This document shows positions 1 through 9,789 of a stretch of DNA of 63,161 nucleotides, piece by piece. The DNA lies in NCBI GenBank assembly GCA_003560165.1, contig PWJC01000052.1:1-63161 (forward strand). The letters run 5' to 3'. The position numbers and the translations under genes were made by a program. The notes below the pieces were generated by a model. The model was not told the DNA's origin. It made no database searches and worked only from the letters and a program-made list of their open reading frames with translations. The DNA comes from Bacteroidales bacterium. GTDB lineage: Bacteria; Bacteroidota; Bacteroidia; Bacteroidales; UBA7960. The stretch's first letter is position 1; every line of letters starts with the position of its first letter.

Positions 1-63
1 ACCTTCTACCTTCCACCTTCTACCTTCTACCTTCTACCTTCCACCTTCCTCCTCCCACCTATC
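1..63. repeat. Heptamer tandem array (ACCTTCY)x7 plus 2 degenerate units, truncated by the window edge
   Basis: Units ACCTTCT/ACCTTCC at 1-49, then TCCTCCC and ACCTATC; ends 2 nt from the porU stop codon. Confidence 0.95.
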
Positions 64-65
64 AC

Positions 66-3000
66 TCACCTCATAATCACCAGTTTCTGGGTCTGTCCCG
101 ACTTCTGGCCGTCGGGTGTTTCCAGTCTGAGCCGGTAAAGATATACCCCGCTGCCCAGGGGCTTACCGCCGTCTCCCCTGCCATCCCAGTGAATGGGCTC
201 CGACTGGTAACCGCCTGAGGATACCTGCCTGAAAAGCCGGCGGACCAGCCGGCCGCTGAGGTCATAGATGTCGATGTGTACGTCCACCAGGGTGGAAGGC
301 TGGTTGTGACTGAAAGTAAACCAGGTATCGCTGTCAAAGGGATTGGGGTAATTCATGAGCTGGCCAAGTATCAGCCTGTCTGAGGAGGCCACCACAAAAT
401 GGAGGCTGGCCTCCGAAGGGTTGTTGTGGATATCCCAGGCCCTGAGCGTAAGTTGGTGCTCCCCGTCCGGGAGGCCGAAAAACGGATAGCTCAGCCTTCC
501 GCTGTTGTAGGAGTCGAGGTCTGCCTGGTAATAGCTGTTCAGCCTGATGGGTGCCGACGTATTTCCGTTGAGTATGGCCACAATATCATGTCCGATGCGG
601 CCGGTGACATTGATCCCGTTTTCGTCCGACAGGAAAGCAAGCAGTACCGGATTTTCATTGGTGGTATCGCCCGTGCGGAAGGTCGTGTCGTTCATGAAGA
701 GGCTGATCTCCGGCCCCCGCTGGTCGGGCTCAAAGCCTTCCAGGGTGCCTCCAATAACAAAGCCCCTGAATTCGCCATGGCCATCGGTATGGCCGTCGTC
801 CAGGTAATAACTGATCTTTCCGCTTCCGTATTGGTAGGCAATGTCTTTGGGCATCACAAAGGAAAAGCTGAATTCACCGTCCTCTACCCTGGCCTGCCCG
901 CGGTAAAGCACCGCGTTGCGCATCTCAAAATTACCGGGGATGGAGCCGGGGTTGTTCCCCAGGGTGCGAAAAACTGTCGTCTTGTCGTATACGGTCGGAA
1001 ACACCACTCCCTGGTACCCATCCAGCTTGTTCCCGGCGGCATCGGTCACATGCCCCGACACCTCGACCCGTTGAAAGGCCCTGATGGTATCGGGCATCAT
1101 ATCGGTAACCACCCGGTGCCGGGGATAGGCCATGCGCATGGAGGGATCGCCCAGCAATACAAAATTTCTCAGTTGCATGGGGGTGGAGGCGCCGCTGCTT
1201 CGTTGCTTGGCAATGCGGATGAGGTCGCCCAGGCGGTGATGCTGCCCTTCATCATCCCTGGCAAAGGCTATATTCATGAAATTCCTGTTGAGGACCAGGT
1301 TGGATCCCGACCACGCCAGGCGGGTAGTGGTGTACATGGCCATGGTGCCCCCCAGGGGTTTCAGCACAATGCTCACCCCGGCCGAAAGATCGTTGGGATC
1401 GGGCTGGTCGAAGCTGCTGAACTCGCAGGTGGCCGTCATGAATACGGGCATGTTGTAGGTATTGTTCCAGCTGCCGACATCTTCCATGGTCAGCACCCGC
1501 TGATGGGCCAACCCACGGGTGCCGCCGTGGCCGATGTAGTTGATCAGCAGCGCACCCTTGTTCACACGCTCGTTGATGGCCCTGTTCACCTCGGGGTATC
1601 TCGCCCCGCCGGCTGTGGTCAGCTGCTGATAGGCATCCAGGTAGATCTTCTCCACATTGGATTCGGGATGTGCATTTGTTAAAGCAGAAGAAAGGATCTC
1701 CGCATGATCCAGATGAACATTGAAATCACCGTCGTCGGCAATAAATACCACGGTATTCCGCCAATCGGCATAGTTCGACACCCCTGCGCCAGGCGCCGGA
1801 GAAGCCGCTCCGGGCTCCAGACCGGGTATTCTTTTCTGGTAACGGATAATCTTGTCGACCAGGGCGGAAGCCTCGGCAACAGTTCGCACAGGCAGCCTCC
1901 CGATGCCAATGTCAAGCACCCCGAAGGCCCCCTCTCCCTCGTGATCGTCGAGCAGTCCGAAATAATCGTCGGTCATGTATGAATTCCTGAACGACAGTGA
2001 GGCTTCGCTCTGGTAGGTGGGAATGAGATTCCCCCCGAAACCCAGCCTGTCTCTGTTGTCGATGGTCCCATTGCCGAACAGCAGCAGGTAACGTGGCAGT
2101 TGCCCGGGGGTCTGGGCTCTGTCGTAAAACATCTTCATGAAATTGCGGATGGCCGAAATGTCGACACTGCCCGAAGAGAATTCGTTGTACACCTGCTCCG
2201 TGGTCACCACCCCGACACGAATTCCGTCGTGTTCACGCCGGAAGGCGGCCAGACGCTCTGCCTCGGGCAGCAGTTCGGGGGCAGTTACAATGATCATGTC
2301 TCTGGGTTCCATGGCATGGAGATCCTGGTTCCCGACCCGGCCTTCCAGCGATGGCAACAGGTAGTCTGTCCCATCAAAAGCCAGCATTTCGCGCAGTTCA
2401 TCGCCGGGAAGGCGGAAAGAAAGGCGGTTGCCCTCCCTGACCACTTCCTGTTCCACAACATGGAAACGGTCGGTAACATCCCATATCCTGACCTGGCTGC
2501 CTGCCTGTTCGAGGGTGTAATTCAGCACATGTCCCGGGCCGGTGTTTTCCACATCCCTGAAACCCATCTGCGGGCCGGTAAGGGAAAGCTGCCGGCTGGC
2601 GTTAATTACCAGGTAATTGAGCCATCCCCGGGTGCCGGCGCCCGGGCGGTTGTAGGTGAGTGTCAGGCTGATCCTTTCCTGCCCGGAGGGGGTGAACTCC
2701 ATGGTGTCGTTCACCGAACGGGCATGGAAGCCATTGTAGTCGGCCGGATTGATCGACAAAATGTTCATTTGCTTGCTGCGCCCGCCTCCCGTAAGGGTAA
2801 AGCTGCTGGGCACAGGGGCCCTGGCAGCCAGATAAGCTTCGGCTGTAGCCTTTTTGCCGGGTTCCAGGCCGGGGAGGTCAAAGTGGAACTGCCTGGTGGT
2901 GGTGGCATCGAATATTTCGCCGTACCACTGCCTGCCACTTCCGATCAGATTGTGCTGATTGAGCTGATGAATGGCATAGTCTCTGAATGTCGTCACCTGG

Positions 3001-3938
3001 TGGGTGGCCGGCTGTTCGTAAACGGGCCTGCTCTGTATCCGGCGGCCAGGCCCGCGGTCGGCCGTAATGAAGTAACAGGACCGGTTTGCATACAGATGGG
3101 TCTGGTGCACAAAGCGCCCTAAGGCCTCCTCGTAATCCCACAGATCGGGCGAGCGGCCGTAAAAGAGAAGGTAGTCGCCCGGCCCGAAGTTGCCCTGGGC
3201 ATTGCCGGAAACATAGATGGCGTTTTCCTGCAGGTCATTCCATGCAAAGGCATTGTTGGCCTCGGGCAACATGCCGCTGCCGTTGCCATAAAGCCTGATT
3301 TGCTGTCTTTGCAAGGTGGAAGGATCCATCCCCAGGCTAAGCAGTTCATCGTAGCCCAGTCGGTGAACACCGGTCTCCTCAACACAAATACGGTACCAGT
3401 TGCCGGCCGAAAGCACAGAGCTTCCGGCCCATTGTTTACCGGGAGAGGGAAGCGCGGCCTGGTCAAACTCCTGGTAGGTTTCCAGCATGAAAGAGCGTAC
3501 TTTCTCGTACCGGTCTTCTGAAGGAAGGTATCTGTAAGGATAAAAACTGATGACCGAACTGCGCAGCCCGCCGGCAACCTGGATCTGGTGTTCCAGCCCG
3601 GGCGTCTCTTCGCGGAAACCTGCAGCACGCAACACGGCCTCTTCGGCAGGGCTGACCGGGCCGAATTCCGGATCAGCAATGCCGGCATGCCAGCTAAAAT
3701 GCGGAACCGTATTGGGGATCCTCAGTTTGTAGACCGGAAGTGTGGGCATGCTGTCGGTAAAGACCGCACTCTCGAAATACAATACTTCCAGGTAGTCGTC
3801 TTCGCCAACCGGGAACCGGACAGGCTGATGCCACTCGATGGCGATCCTTTCCTGCTGCTCCTTGCCAACGGCCGTCGAAGGGATAAAGTGCAACATCAGG
3901 AGGACAATGACGTATACGTTGATAAGGTAGACAGACAT
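66..3938 (-). CDS. porU: Type IX secretion system sortase PorU (peptidase C25 domain, C-terminal T9SS sorting domain)
   Basis: SSVLSAGNWYRI region, gingipain-like His/Cys motifs YIGHGG and TATCEF, LLGDP, C-terminal NYPNPF...GVYLYRL...KLVIMR; ATG at 3938 preferred to TTG at 4001 because it opens a signal-like segment. Confidence 0.92.
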   Translation of the reverse strand: MSVYLINVYVIVLLMLHFIPSTAVGKEQQERIAIEWHQPVRFPVGEDDYLEVLYFESAVFTDSMPTLPVYKLRIPNTVPHFSWHAGIADPEFGPVSPAEEAVLRAAGFREETPGLEHQIQVAGGLRSSVISFYPYRYLPSEDRYEKVRSFMLETYQEFDQAALPSPGKQWAGSSVLSAGNWYRICVEETGVHRLGYDELLSLGMDPSTLQRQQIRLYGNGSGMLPEANNAFAWNDLQENAIYVSGNAQGNFGPGDYLLFYGRSPDLWDYEEALGRFVHQTHLYANRSCYFITADRGPGRRIQSRPVYEQPATHQVTTFRDYAIHQLNQHNLIGSGRQWYGEIFDATTTRQFHFDLPGLEPGKKATAEAYLAARAPVPSSFTLTGGGRSKQMNILSINPADYNGFHARSVNDTMEFTPSGQERISLTLTYNRPGAGTRGWLNYLVINASRQLSLTGPQMGFRDVENTGPGHVLNYTLEQAGSQVRIWDVTDRFHVVEQEVVREGNRLSFRLPGDELREMLAFDGTDYLLPSLEGRVGNQDLHAMEPRDMIIVTAPELLPEAERLAAFRREHDGIRVGVVTTEQVYNEFSSGSVDISAIRNFMKMFYDRAQTPGQLPRYLLLFGNGTIDNRDRLGFGGNLIPTYQSEASLSFRNSYMTDDYFGLLDDHEGEGAFGVLDIGIGRLPVRTVAEASALVDKIIRYQKRIPGLEPGAASPAPGAGVSNYADWRNTVVFIADDGDFNVHLDHAEILSSALTNAHPESNVEKIYLDAYQQLTTAGGARYPEVNRAINERVNKGALLINYIGHGGTRGLAHQRVLTMEDVGSWNNTYNMPVFMTATCEFSSFDQPDPNDLSAGVSIVLKPLGGTMAMYTTTRLAWSGSNLVLNRNFMNIAFARDDEGQHHRLGDLIRIAKQRSSGASTPMQLRNFVLLGDPSMRMAYPRHRVVTDMMPDTIRAFQRVEVSGHVTDAAGNKLDGYQGVVFPTVYDKTTVFRTLGNNPGSIPGNFEMRNAVLYRGQARVEDGEFSFSFVMPKDIAYQYGSGKISYYLDDGHTDGHGEFRGFVIGGTLEGFEPDQRGPEISLFMNDTTFRTGDTTNENPVLLAFLSDENGINVTGRIGHDIVAILNGNTSAPIRLNSYYQADLDSYNSGRLSYPFFGLPDGEHQLTLRAWDIHNNPSEASLHFVVASSDRLILGQLMNYPNPFDSDTWFTFSHNQPSTLVDVHIDIYDLSGRLVRRLFRQVSSGGYQSEPIHWDGRGDGGKPLGSGVYLYRLRLETPDGQKSGQTQKLVIMR

Positions 3939-4130
3939 AGGGCTAGGACGGCAAATTGAGGCAGCTGCCCGAAGGCCGGGCCGGCGGTACCAGGTAAACA
4001 AACAGCCTGATCAAAGGTTTTGCTGCCATCTGTTTTGTTTGTAAGGCATAAACGGAAAAAAAACAAGGATATTTTGTTTCTGCCCGGCCCTGCGGGCTAT
4101 TTTTACCCGGGCCACAACAATTGCCAGGCG

Positions 4131-4138
4131 CAAAAATA
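4131..4138 (-). promoter_or_regulatory. Bacteroidota -7 promoter motif for porU
   Basis: TATTTTTG (TAnnTTTG) on the minus strand upstream of porU. Confidence 0.4.
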
Positions 4139-4174
4139 CGTTATAACCGGGACCAACCTGCCGGCAAACCGACC

Positions 4175-5158
4175 ATGAACAGGAAATCCTCCATAACCAT
4201 TTACATGCTGGGCATAACCTGGCTCTTCCTTCATCCTCAGGGGGGGCAGGCAGTTGCAGGGCAGGATCCTGTCTTTTCCCAGTTCTTTGCCGCCCCGGTA
4301 TACCTGAATCCCGCATTTGCCGGTGCCGGACATTGTTCGCGCATTGCCCTGAATGTTCAGCATACCGGCTTTGCACAAACGGGCATCAGTACCTTCACGG
4401 CCTCATTTGACACCTACGCCGGATGGCTGCAGGGCGGACTGGGCATGCTGATCACCTCCGACAATCCGGGGGGTGCGCTGATGCGCACCCAGATCGGGGG
4501 CATGTATGCCTACCACCTGAGGGCCGGCAGGGACCTGGGTATCCACTTTGGACTGCAGGCAAGCTATGTGCGCAATGATTACCGCTGGGACCTGCTGGAT
4601 TTTGTTACAGAGGAACCCCCTCCTGCTGTCACCGGGGCCGGTTCGGCGAATTTTGCCACCGGACTTTTGTTGTATTCGGGCACATTTTACGGGGGGATGG
4701 CCGCTCACCACATCACCCACCCCAACCTCAGCCTGAACCCCGACAGCCTGTCCAGGCTCGCCATAAAATACAGCGCCCATGCCGGCCTCTACCTGGACAC
4801 CGACAGGGGCAAAAGGAGGTTGCGCAGCGGTAGGGATTATTTTGTTTCGCCCAATGTGATCCTTCAGAGCCAGGGCCACCAGACCCATATGAGCTACGGG
4901 CTGTATGCCGGCACCCAACCCATCATGGCGGGTGTCTGGTTCCGCCACTGGCTCAACTATCCCCTCCAGGACAACAACACCCTGGTATTTTTGCTGGGGA
5001 TCAGCATCGGGAACTACCGCATCGGGTACAGCTACGACTATTCGCTGGCCCCGGTTACCCCTGTTTCCCTGGGTGTGCACGAGATCAGCCTTTCGCTGCA
5101 GTTCGGCTGCCCCACAAGAAATATTCGAAGCCGTATACTAAACTGTCCTACTTTTTAG
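4175..5158 (+). CDS. PorP/SprF family T9SS outer-membrane beta-barrel protein
   Basis: Signal peptide then QDPVFSQFFAAPVYLNPAFAG; C-terminal YRIGYSYDY...HEISL; ATG at 4175 chosen. Confidence 0.9.
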   Translation: MNRKSSITIYMLGITWLFLHPQGGQAVAGQDPVFSQFFAAPVYLNPAFAGAGHCSRIALNVQHTGFAQTGISTFTASFDTYAGWLQGGLGMLITSDNPGGALMRTQIGGMYAYHLRAGRDLGIHFGLQASYVRNDYRWDLLDFVTEEPPPAVTGAGSANFATGLLLYSGTFYGGMAAHHITHPNLSLNPDSLSRLAIKYSAHAGLYLDTDRGKRRLRSGRDYFVSPNVILQSQGHQTHMSYGLYAGTQPIMAGVWFRHWLNYPLQDNNTLVFLLGISIGNYRIGYSYDYSLAPVTPVSLGVHEISLSLQFGCPTRNIRSRILNCPTF

Positions 5159-5159
5159 T

Positions 5160-5167
5160 TAGTTTTG
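5160..5167 (+). promoter_or_regulatory. Bacteroidota -7 promoter motif for gldJ
   Basis: TAGTTTTG 22 nt before the GTG start. Confidence 0.5.
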
Positions 5168-5189
5168 TGATCGCCAAAATTTTCAAACC

Positions 5190-6665
5190 GTGAAGCATAT
5201 GACAAGTATGACAAGGAATCTGAGGAAGAGGCTGCCCGCATTCATGGCAGTGTTTGCAACTTCTGTCCTGTTGAGTTCCTGTGGCATTGGCGGCCTGTTC
5301 CAATCAGACAGGTCGGCTACCACCGGCTGGACCTACAACGACCCCCAGACGGGCGGGTTCGAGGTGACGGGGCAGCCTGAACAGGAGCTCGGCCCGGGGC
5401 TGGTGTTTATTGAAGGAGGCACTTTCGTGATGGGGCGCACCACCCAGGATGTGCTGTTCGACTGGGACAACATCCCCCGCCGGGTTACGGTGGCTTCTTT
5501 CTATATGGATGAAACCGAAGTCCGCAACCTCGACTATGTCGAATACCTGCATTGGACAAGCCGCATTTTCGGCGAAACCCATCCCGAAGTATACCTCAAC
5601 GCCCTGCCCGACACCCTGGTATGGCGCGACCCCCTGGCCTACAACGAACCTTTTGTGGAAAATTACCTGCGTCACCCGGCCTACCGCGATTACCCGGTGG
5701 TGGGTGTCAGCTGGGTACAGGCCGCCGAATACGCCTCCTGGCGCACCGACAGGGTTAACGAAATGATCCTTGTTCGCGAGGGGATACTCGACTGGAACCT
5801 CGACGAACAGCAGGGTGCCAACCATTTTACTACCCGGGCCTATCTCGAAGGAGCGTACGAAGGCCTGGTCAGGAGCAACCTCAGGGACCTCGATCCCCGG
5901 GGTACCGGCGAGCGCCGCGTACGCTGGGAGGACGGCCTGCTGCTGCCCCGTTACAGACTGCCCACCGAGGCCGAATGGGAGTACGCAGCCCTGGGACTTA
6001 TCGGAAATACCTTAGAAGAGAACATTTCCGATGGCAGGCAGTATCCCTGGTCAGGCCGCCATGCCCGGATGAGCGACCGCAGGAACATGGGTCAGTTCAG
6101 GGCAAACTTCCAGAGAGGGCCGGGAGACCTCAGCGGTGTGGCCGGGTATCCCAATCCGGGCGGAGACATCACCATGCCGGTAAAATCTTTCTGGCCTAAC
6201 GATTTCGGGCTGTACAACATGGCAGGTAATGTCAGCGAATGGGTAAAGGACGTTTACAGGCCATTGTCGCACGAAGCCGTGGCCGACTTCAGGCCTTTCC
6301 GCGGCAATGTGTTCCGCGCCGTCCAGCGGGATGAAGCCGGCAATGTGGTATTCGACGACCTCGGGCGGGTTGTGTACCGCGATCTGACCGAAGAAGAATC
6401 CCAGGACCGACGCAACTATAGCCGTGCTGACAACATCGATTACCGCGACGGCGATGCCGCATCGGCCATTGGCGAAGGCCGGGCAGTGTATGCCGAAGGA
6501 CAGACCCTGATCTCAAACCAGTCGAGGGTATACAAGGGCGGGAGCTGGCGCGACCGCATCCATTGGTTGTCGCCGGGAACCCGCAGGTTCCTCGATGAGG
6601 ACGCTGCAACCAGCGACATCGGTTTCCGTTGCGCCATGGATCAGATAGGAAATGCCAGGAGATAA
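5190..6665 (+). CDS. gldJ: Gliding motility lipoprotein GldJ (FGE/SUMF1 fold)
   Basis: Lipobox LLSSC, SATTGWTYND, GPGLVFIEGGTFVMG, YRLPTEAEWEYAA, NMAGNVSEWV, IGFRCAM; porU-divergent, murF-adjacent context; start could be 5199 or 5208. Confidence 0.85.
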   Translation: MKHMTSMTRNLRKRLPAFMAVFATSVLLSSCGIGGLFQSDRSATTGWTYNDPQTGGFEVTGQPEQELGPGLVFIEGGTFVMGRTTQDVLFDWDNIPRRVTVASFYMDETEVRNLDYVEYLHWTSRIFGETHPEVYLNALPDTLVWRDPLAYNEPFVENYLRHPAYRDYPVVGVSWVQAAEYASWRTDRVNEMILVREGILDWNLDEQQGANHFTTRAYLEGAYEGLVRSNLRDLDPRGTGERRVRWEDGLLLPRYRLPTEAEWEYAALGLIGNTLEENISDGRQYPWSGRHARMSDRRNMGQFRANFQRGPGDLSGVAGYPNPGGDITMPVKSFWPNDFGLYNMAGNVSEWVKDVYRPLSHEAVADFRPFRGNVFRAVQRDEAGNVVFDDLGRVVYRDLTEEESQDRRNYSRADNIDYRDGDAASAIGEGRAVYAEGQTLISNQSRVYKGGSWRDRIHWLSPGTRRFLDEDAATSDIGFRCAMDQIGNARR

Positions 6666-6686
6666 ACAGCCCCGTTAAAAAATCTT

Positions 6687-6720
6687 AAGCCCCGTTTGCC
6701 ATGGTAAATGGGGCTTTTTC
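6687..6720 (+). terminator. Intrinsic terminator after gldJ
   Basis: AAGCCCCGTTTGC-CATG-GTAAATGGGGCTT stem with two G-U pairs, running into a T tract. Confidence 0.75.
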
Positions 6721-6735
6721 ATCCATCTTGCCGCC

Positions 6736-8064
6736 ATGACCCCCAGCCCCGTTCCCGGACTCCTGCAACAGATAATCAAGGGCACCGGTGTCTGCATCGA
6801 CAGCCGCCAGGCCAAACCGGGGGAGCTTTTTTTTGCCCTCAAGGGCGAACACCTCGACGGCAACCTGTTTGCCATGCACGCCATTCGAGCCGGATGCAGC
6901 CTGGCCGTTATCGACGACCCCCGTCAAAAGCTTGACGAACGTTTCGTGCTGGTCAAAGACAGCCTGCAAACCCTTCAGGAACTCAGCAAGGCCTACCGCG
7001 AACTGCTGAACATCCCGGTGCTCGGAATTACGGGCACCAATGGCAAAACCACCACCAAGGAACTGGCCCATGCGGTGCTGTCGAAGGGGTTCTGTTCGTT
7101 TGCGACCCCCGGCAACCTGAATAACCACATCGGCGTGCCCCTGAGCCTGCTTTCGATCAGGCCGCCGGTGGGAGTGGCCATTATAGAAATGGGCGCCAAC
7201 CACATCGGAGAGATCGGGGCCCTTTGCGAGATCTCAAAACCCATGCTGGGCCTGGTCACCAATATCGGCAAAGCTCATCTGGAGGGCTTTGGCAGCGTAG
7301 AGAACATTGCCAGGGCCAAAACCGAACTTTACCGCTACGTTTCCGGCCAGAAGGGCATTCTCTTTGTCAACGCCAACGACCCCAGGCTGTTGCTCCTGGC
7401 CGGCAACAACCACAACATCTATTACGGGATGGGCGGAAAAAATCACTGCAGCGGCAGCATCACCGCTTCCTATCCCTTCCTCGAAGTGGCGTTCAGGGTC
7501 AACAAGGCATTTGGCCTGGCCCGGCAGGGGCAGGCAGGCCTGATCAAAAGCAGGCTTGCCGGAGATGTCAATTTTGAGAACATCATGGCGGCAGCAACCC
7601 TGGGGCTCTATTTCGGCATCTCACCCTGGCAGGTCTCTGAAGCCATCGGGAGCTACCAGCCCCACAATTACCGTTCACAGCGCATCGACACCGGGAAAAA
7701 CACCGTGCTGATGGATGCCTACAATGCCAACCCCAGCAGCATGGCCGCCAGCCTGGAGTATTTCAGCCAGACAGGGAAGGGACCAAAGGCCGTGATACTG
7801 GGCGACATGCTCGAAATGGGCAGCAATGCTGCCAAAGAGCATCTGTCGGTGCTCCGCCTGCTCGAATCAGGGGATTTTCAGCTGCGCGTGTTGGTGGGGA
7901 AGCATTTTTCCCGCCTGAGCAAAGAGTCTCCCCCCGGCACCCACGTATTCGAAGACACAGGGAGTACCCTCGAATGGCTCCGGGTACATGCCCCCCAGGG
8001 GTACAACATACTGATCAAGGGTTCGAGGGGCATTCGCCTGGAAGCTTTGCTCGACGCATTGTAG
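6736..8064 (+). CDS. murF: UDP-N-acetylmuramoyl-tripeptide--D-alanyl-D-alanine ligase
   Basis: IDSR, GITGTNGKTTTKE, NLNNHIGVPL, EMGANH, DAYNANPSSM, KGSRG. Confidence 0.96.
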   Translation: MTPSPVPGLLQQIIKGTGVCIDSRQAKPGELFFALKGEHLDGNLFAMHAIRAGCSLAVIDDPRQKLDERFVLVKDSLQTLQELSKAYRELLNIPVLGITGTNGKTTTKELAHAVLSKGFCSFATPGNLNNHIGVPLSLLSIRPPVGVAIIEMGANHIGEIGALCEISKPMLGLVTNIGKAHLEGFGSVENIARAKTELYRYVSGQKGILFVNANDPRLLLLAGNNHNIYYGMGGKNHCSGSITASYPFLEVAFRVNKAFGLARQGQAGLIKSRLAGDVNFENIMAAATLGLYFGISPWQVSEAIGSYQPHNYRSQRIDTGKNTVLMDAYNANPSSMAASLEYFSQTGKGPKAVILGDMLEMGSNAAKEHLSVLRLLESGDFQLRVLVGKHFSRLSKESPPGTHVFEDTGSTLEWLRVHAPQGYNILIKGSRGIRLEALLDAL

Positions 8065-8127
8065 CGAACGCACTGCCGGGTTTGAACTTTGTCTCCATCT
8101 TTTTATTTTTTATCTGAAGGTTTTCCT

Positions 8128-8135
8128 TATTTTTG
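8128..8135 (+). promoter_or_regulatory. Bacteroidota -7 promoter motif for the symporter operon
   Basis: TATTTTTG about 100 nt upstream of the ATG at 8236. Confidence 0.5.
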
Positions 8136-8235
8136 CGGCTTTAATGCCTGTAACCATCCGGGCTGGCCTGCCGGCACCGGCTAGTTTTATCAGGGATTGC
8201 AAAGTTAAAGGGGTACTGCATTCAAACCTGTTGCA

Positions 8236-9753
8236 ATGAATATCTACCTGCTGATCGTTGTTGCCTACTTTGCCTTTATCACCTTCATTTCCTTCTTTAC
8301 AAAAAAGGTAGCCGGACGCTCTGCCGCCGATTACCTGGTGGCCGGACGCAACCTGGGCATCGTTGCCTGTGCCGTGGTGGTGGCTTCCGAATGGCTTGGG
8401 GGGATGAGTACCATCGGGGTGAGCGAGAAAGCCTTTGAGACCGGGACCATGCAACCCATTTTGTACAATATCTCGACGGCACTGGGAATGATCATCATCG
8501 GCTTTACCGTTGCCCGCCATTACCGCGACAACAATGTGCATACCGTCAGCGAGATGCTGGAAAACCTCTTTGGCCGCAGGGCCAGGGCGGTTTCGGCCAT
8601 TGCGTTCCTGTTCGCCTACATTACCCTGGCCTTTGTACAGCTGCAAACATGCGCCAGCGTTATTGCCGCCATGTTCGAGTTCGGCCGCCTGGAATCCATC
8701 GTGATCTCTGCCATCCTCATCACCGGATATACTTATATCGGGGGCATGCACGCCCTGGCCATCACCGGCATCATCCACGTGGGGGTGATGTTTTTCGGGA
8801 TGGGGATGGCCACCATAATCGGCCTCAATGAGATCAACGGGCTGGGCTCCCTGCGAGGTATCCTGGTCGACCTGGGTTCGCCCGAAAACCTCTACAACCC
8901 ATTCAGTGGCGGATTGGAATATGCCTGGAGCCTGATCCTGGGGGGTGTGCTGGGCGGCATGGCCGGACAGGCCAGCATACAGCCCATCTTTGCCGCCCGT
9001 TCGGCTGCCATCGCCAAAAAATCGGCCATACTCTCCTCGCTGATCATCGCCCCCTTTGGCATCATGGTGGCCCTTTTGGGGCTGATCGTCAAAACAGGGC
9101 TGGTTTACGACATCACCGAAAGCGGGCCGCTGTTCGATGCGGCCATCGGCGAAGCCGGCGCCATTGATCCCAAACTGGTGCTGCCCACCCTGATGACCAC
9201 CCCCGAATTCATTCATCCCGTACTCGGAGGGATTGCACTGGCAGGCATACTGGCGGCCATTCTGTCGACCGTGGGCCCGGTAAACTTTGCCGTTGTGACC
9301 ATTGCAACCAAAGACATCTACCATGGTCTGATCAACAAAACAGCCATCGACAAAAAGATCATCAGCACGGCCCGCCGCCTGGTGATCATGGTGAACCTGG
9401 TCACCATTCCCCTGGCCTATTTCGGCACCGGGGCAATTCTCGACACTGCCTACATATCCTATGGGATCAGGGCCATCGGAGCCATCGTCATCATGCTGGG
9501 CATCTATCGGCGCGGATGGATCAGGGTGGAAGGTGTCAGGCTGGCCTTTATCGGAGGCACCATTGCCGTGGTGGGCAACATCTTAGCCAGAAACCTCGGG
9601 CTGCCGGTGATCGAAAACACCTACATGGCCATCGGGGCTGCTGTTATATTTATAATTATTGGTAATATTGTGGGAAAACGGAAGCCCAGGGAACTGCCTT
9701 CGGAAATGAAACTTCCGTCCGAAATGAAGGATGCAGACAAAAAGGGGAATTAA
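8236..9753 (+). CDS. Sodium:solute symporter family (SSS) protein
   Basis: About 13 hydrophobic segments, DYLVAGRNLG, YTYIGGMHA, GILAAILST. Confidence 0.9.
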   Translation: MNIYLLIVVAYFAFITFISFFTKKVAGRSAADYLVAGRNLGIVACAVVVASEWLGGMSTIGVSEKAFETGTMQPILYNISTALGMIIIGFTVARHYRDNNVHTVSEMLENLFGRRARAVSAIAFLFAYITLAFVQLQTCASVIAAMFEFGRLESIVISAILITGYTYIGGMHALAITGIIHVGVMFFGMGMATIIGLNEINGLGSLRGILVDLGSPENLYNPFSGGLEYAWSLILGGVLGGMAGQASIQPIFAARSAAIAKKSAILSSLIIAPFGIMVALLGLIVKTGLVYDITESGPLFDAAIGEAGAIDPKLVLPTLMTTPEFIHPVLGGIALAGILAAILSTVGPVNFAVVTIATKDIYHGLINKTAIDKKIISTARRLVIMVNLVTIPLAYFGTGAILDTAYISYGIRAIGAIVIMLGIYRRGWIRVEGVRLAFIGGTIAVVGNILARNLGLPVIENTYMAIGAAVIFIIIGNIVGKRKPRELPSEMKLPSEMKDADKKGN

Positions 9754-9789
9754 TCAACTGCCGGATAGAACAAAAAAACACCCTGAAAT

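Noticed and set aside
8140-8235. Possible riboswitch in the symporter leader (GC hairpin near 8161-8181)
   Set aside because: No riboswitch consensus or terminator that I can recognise; a covariance-model search would be needed.
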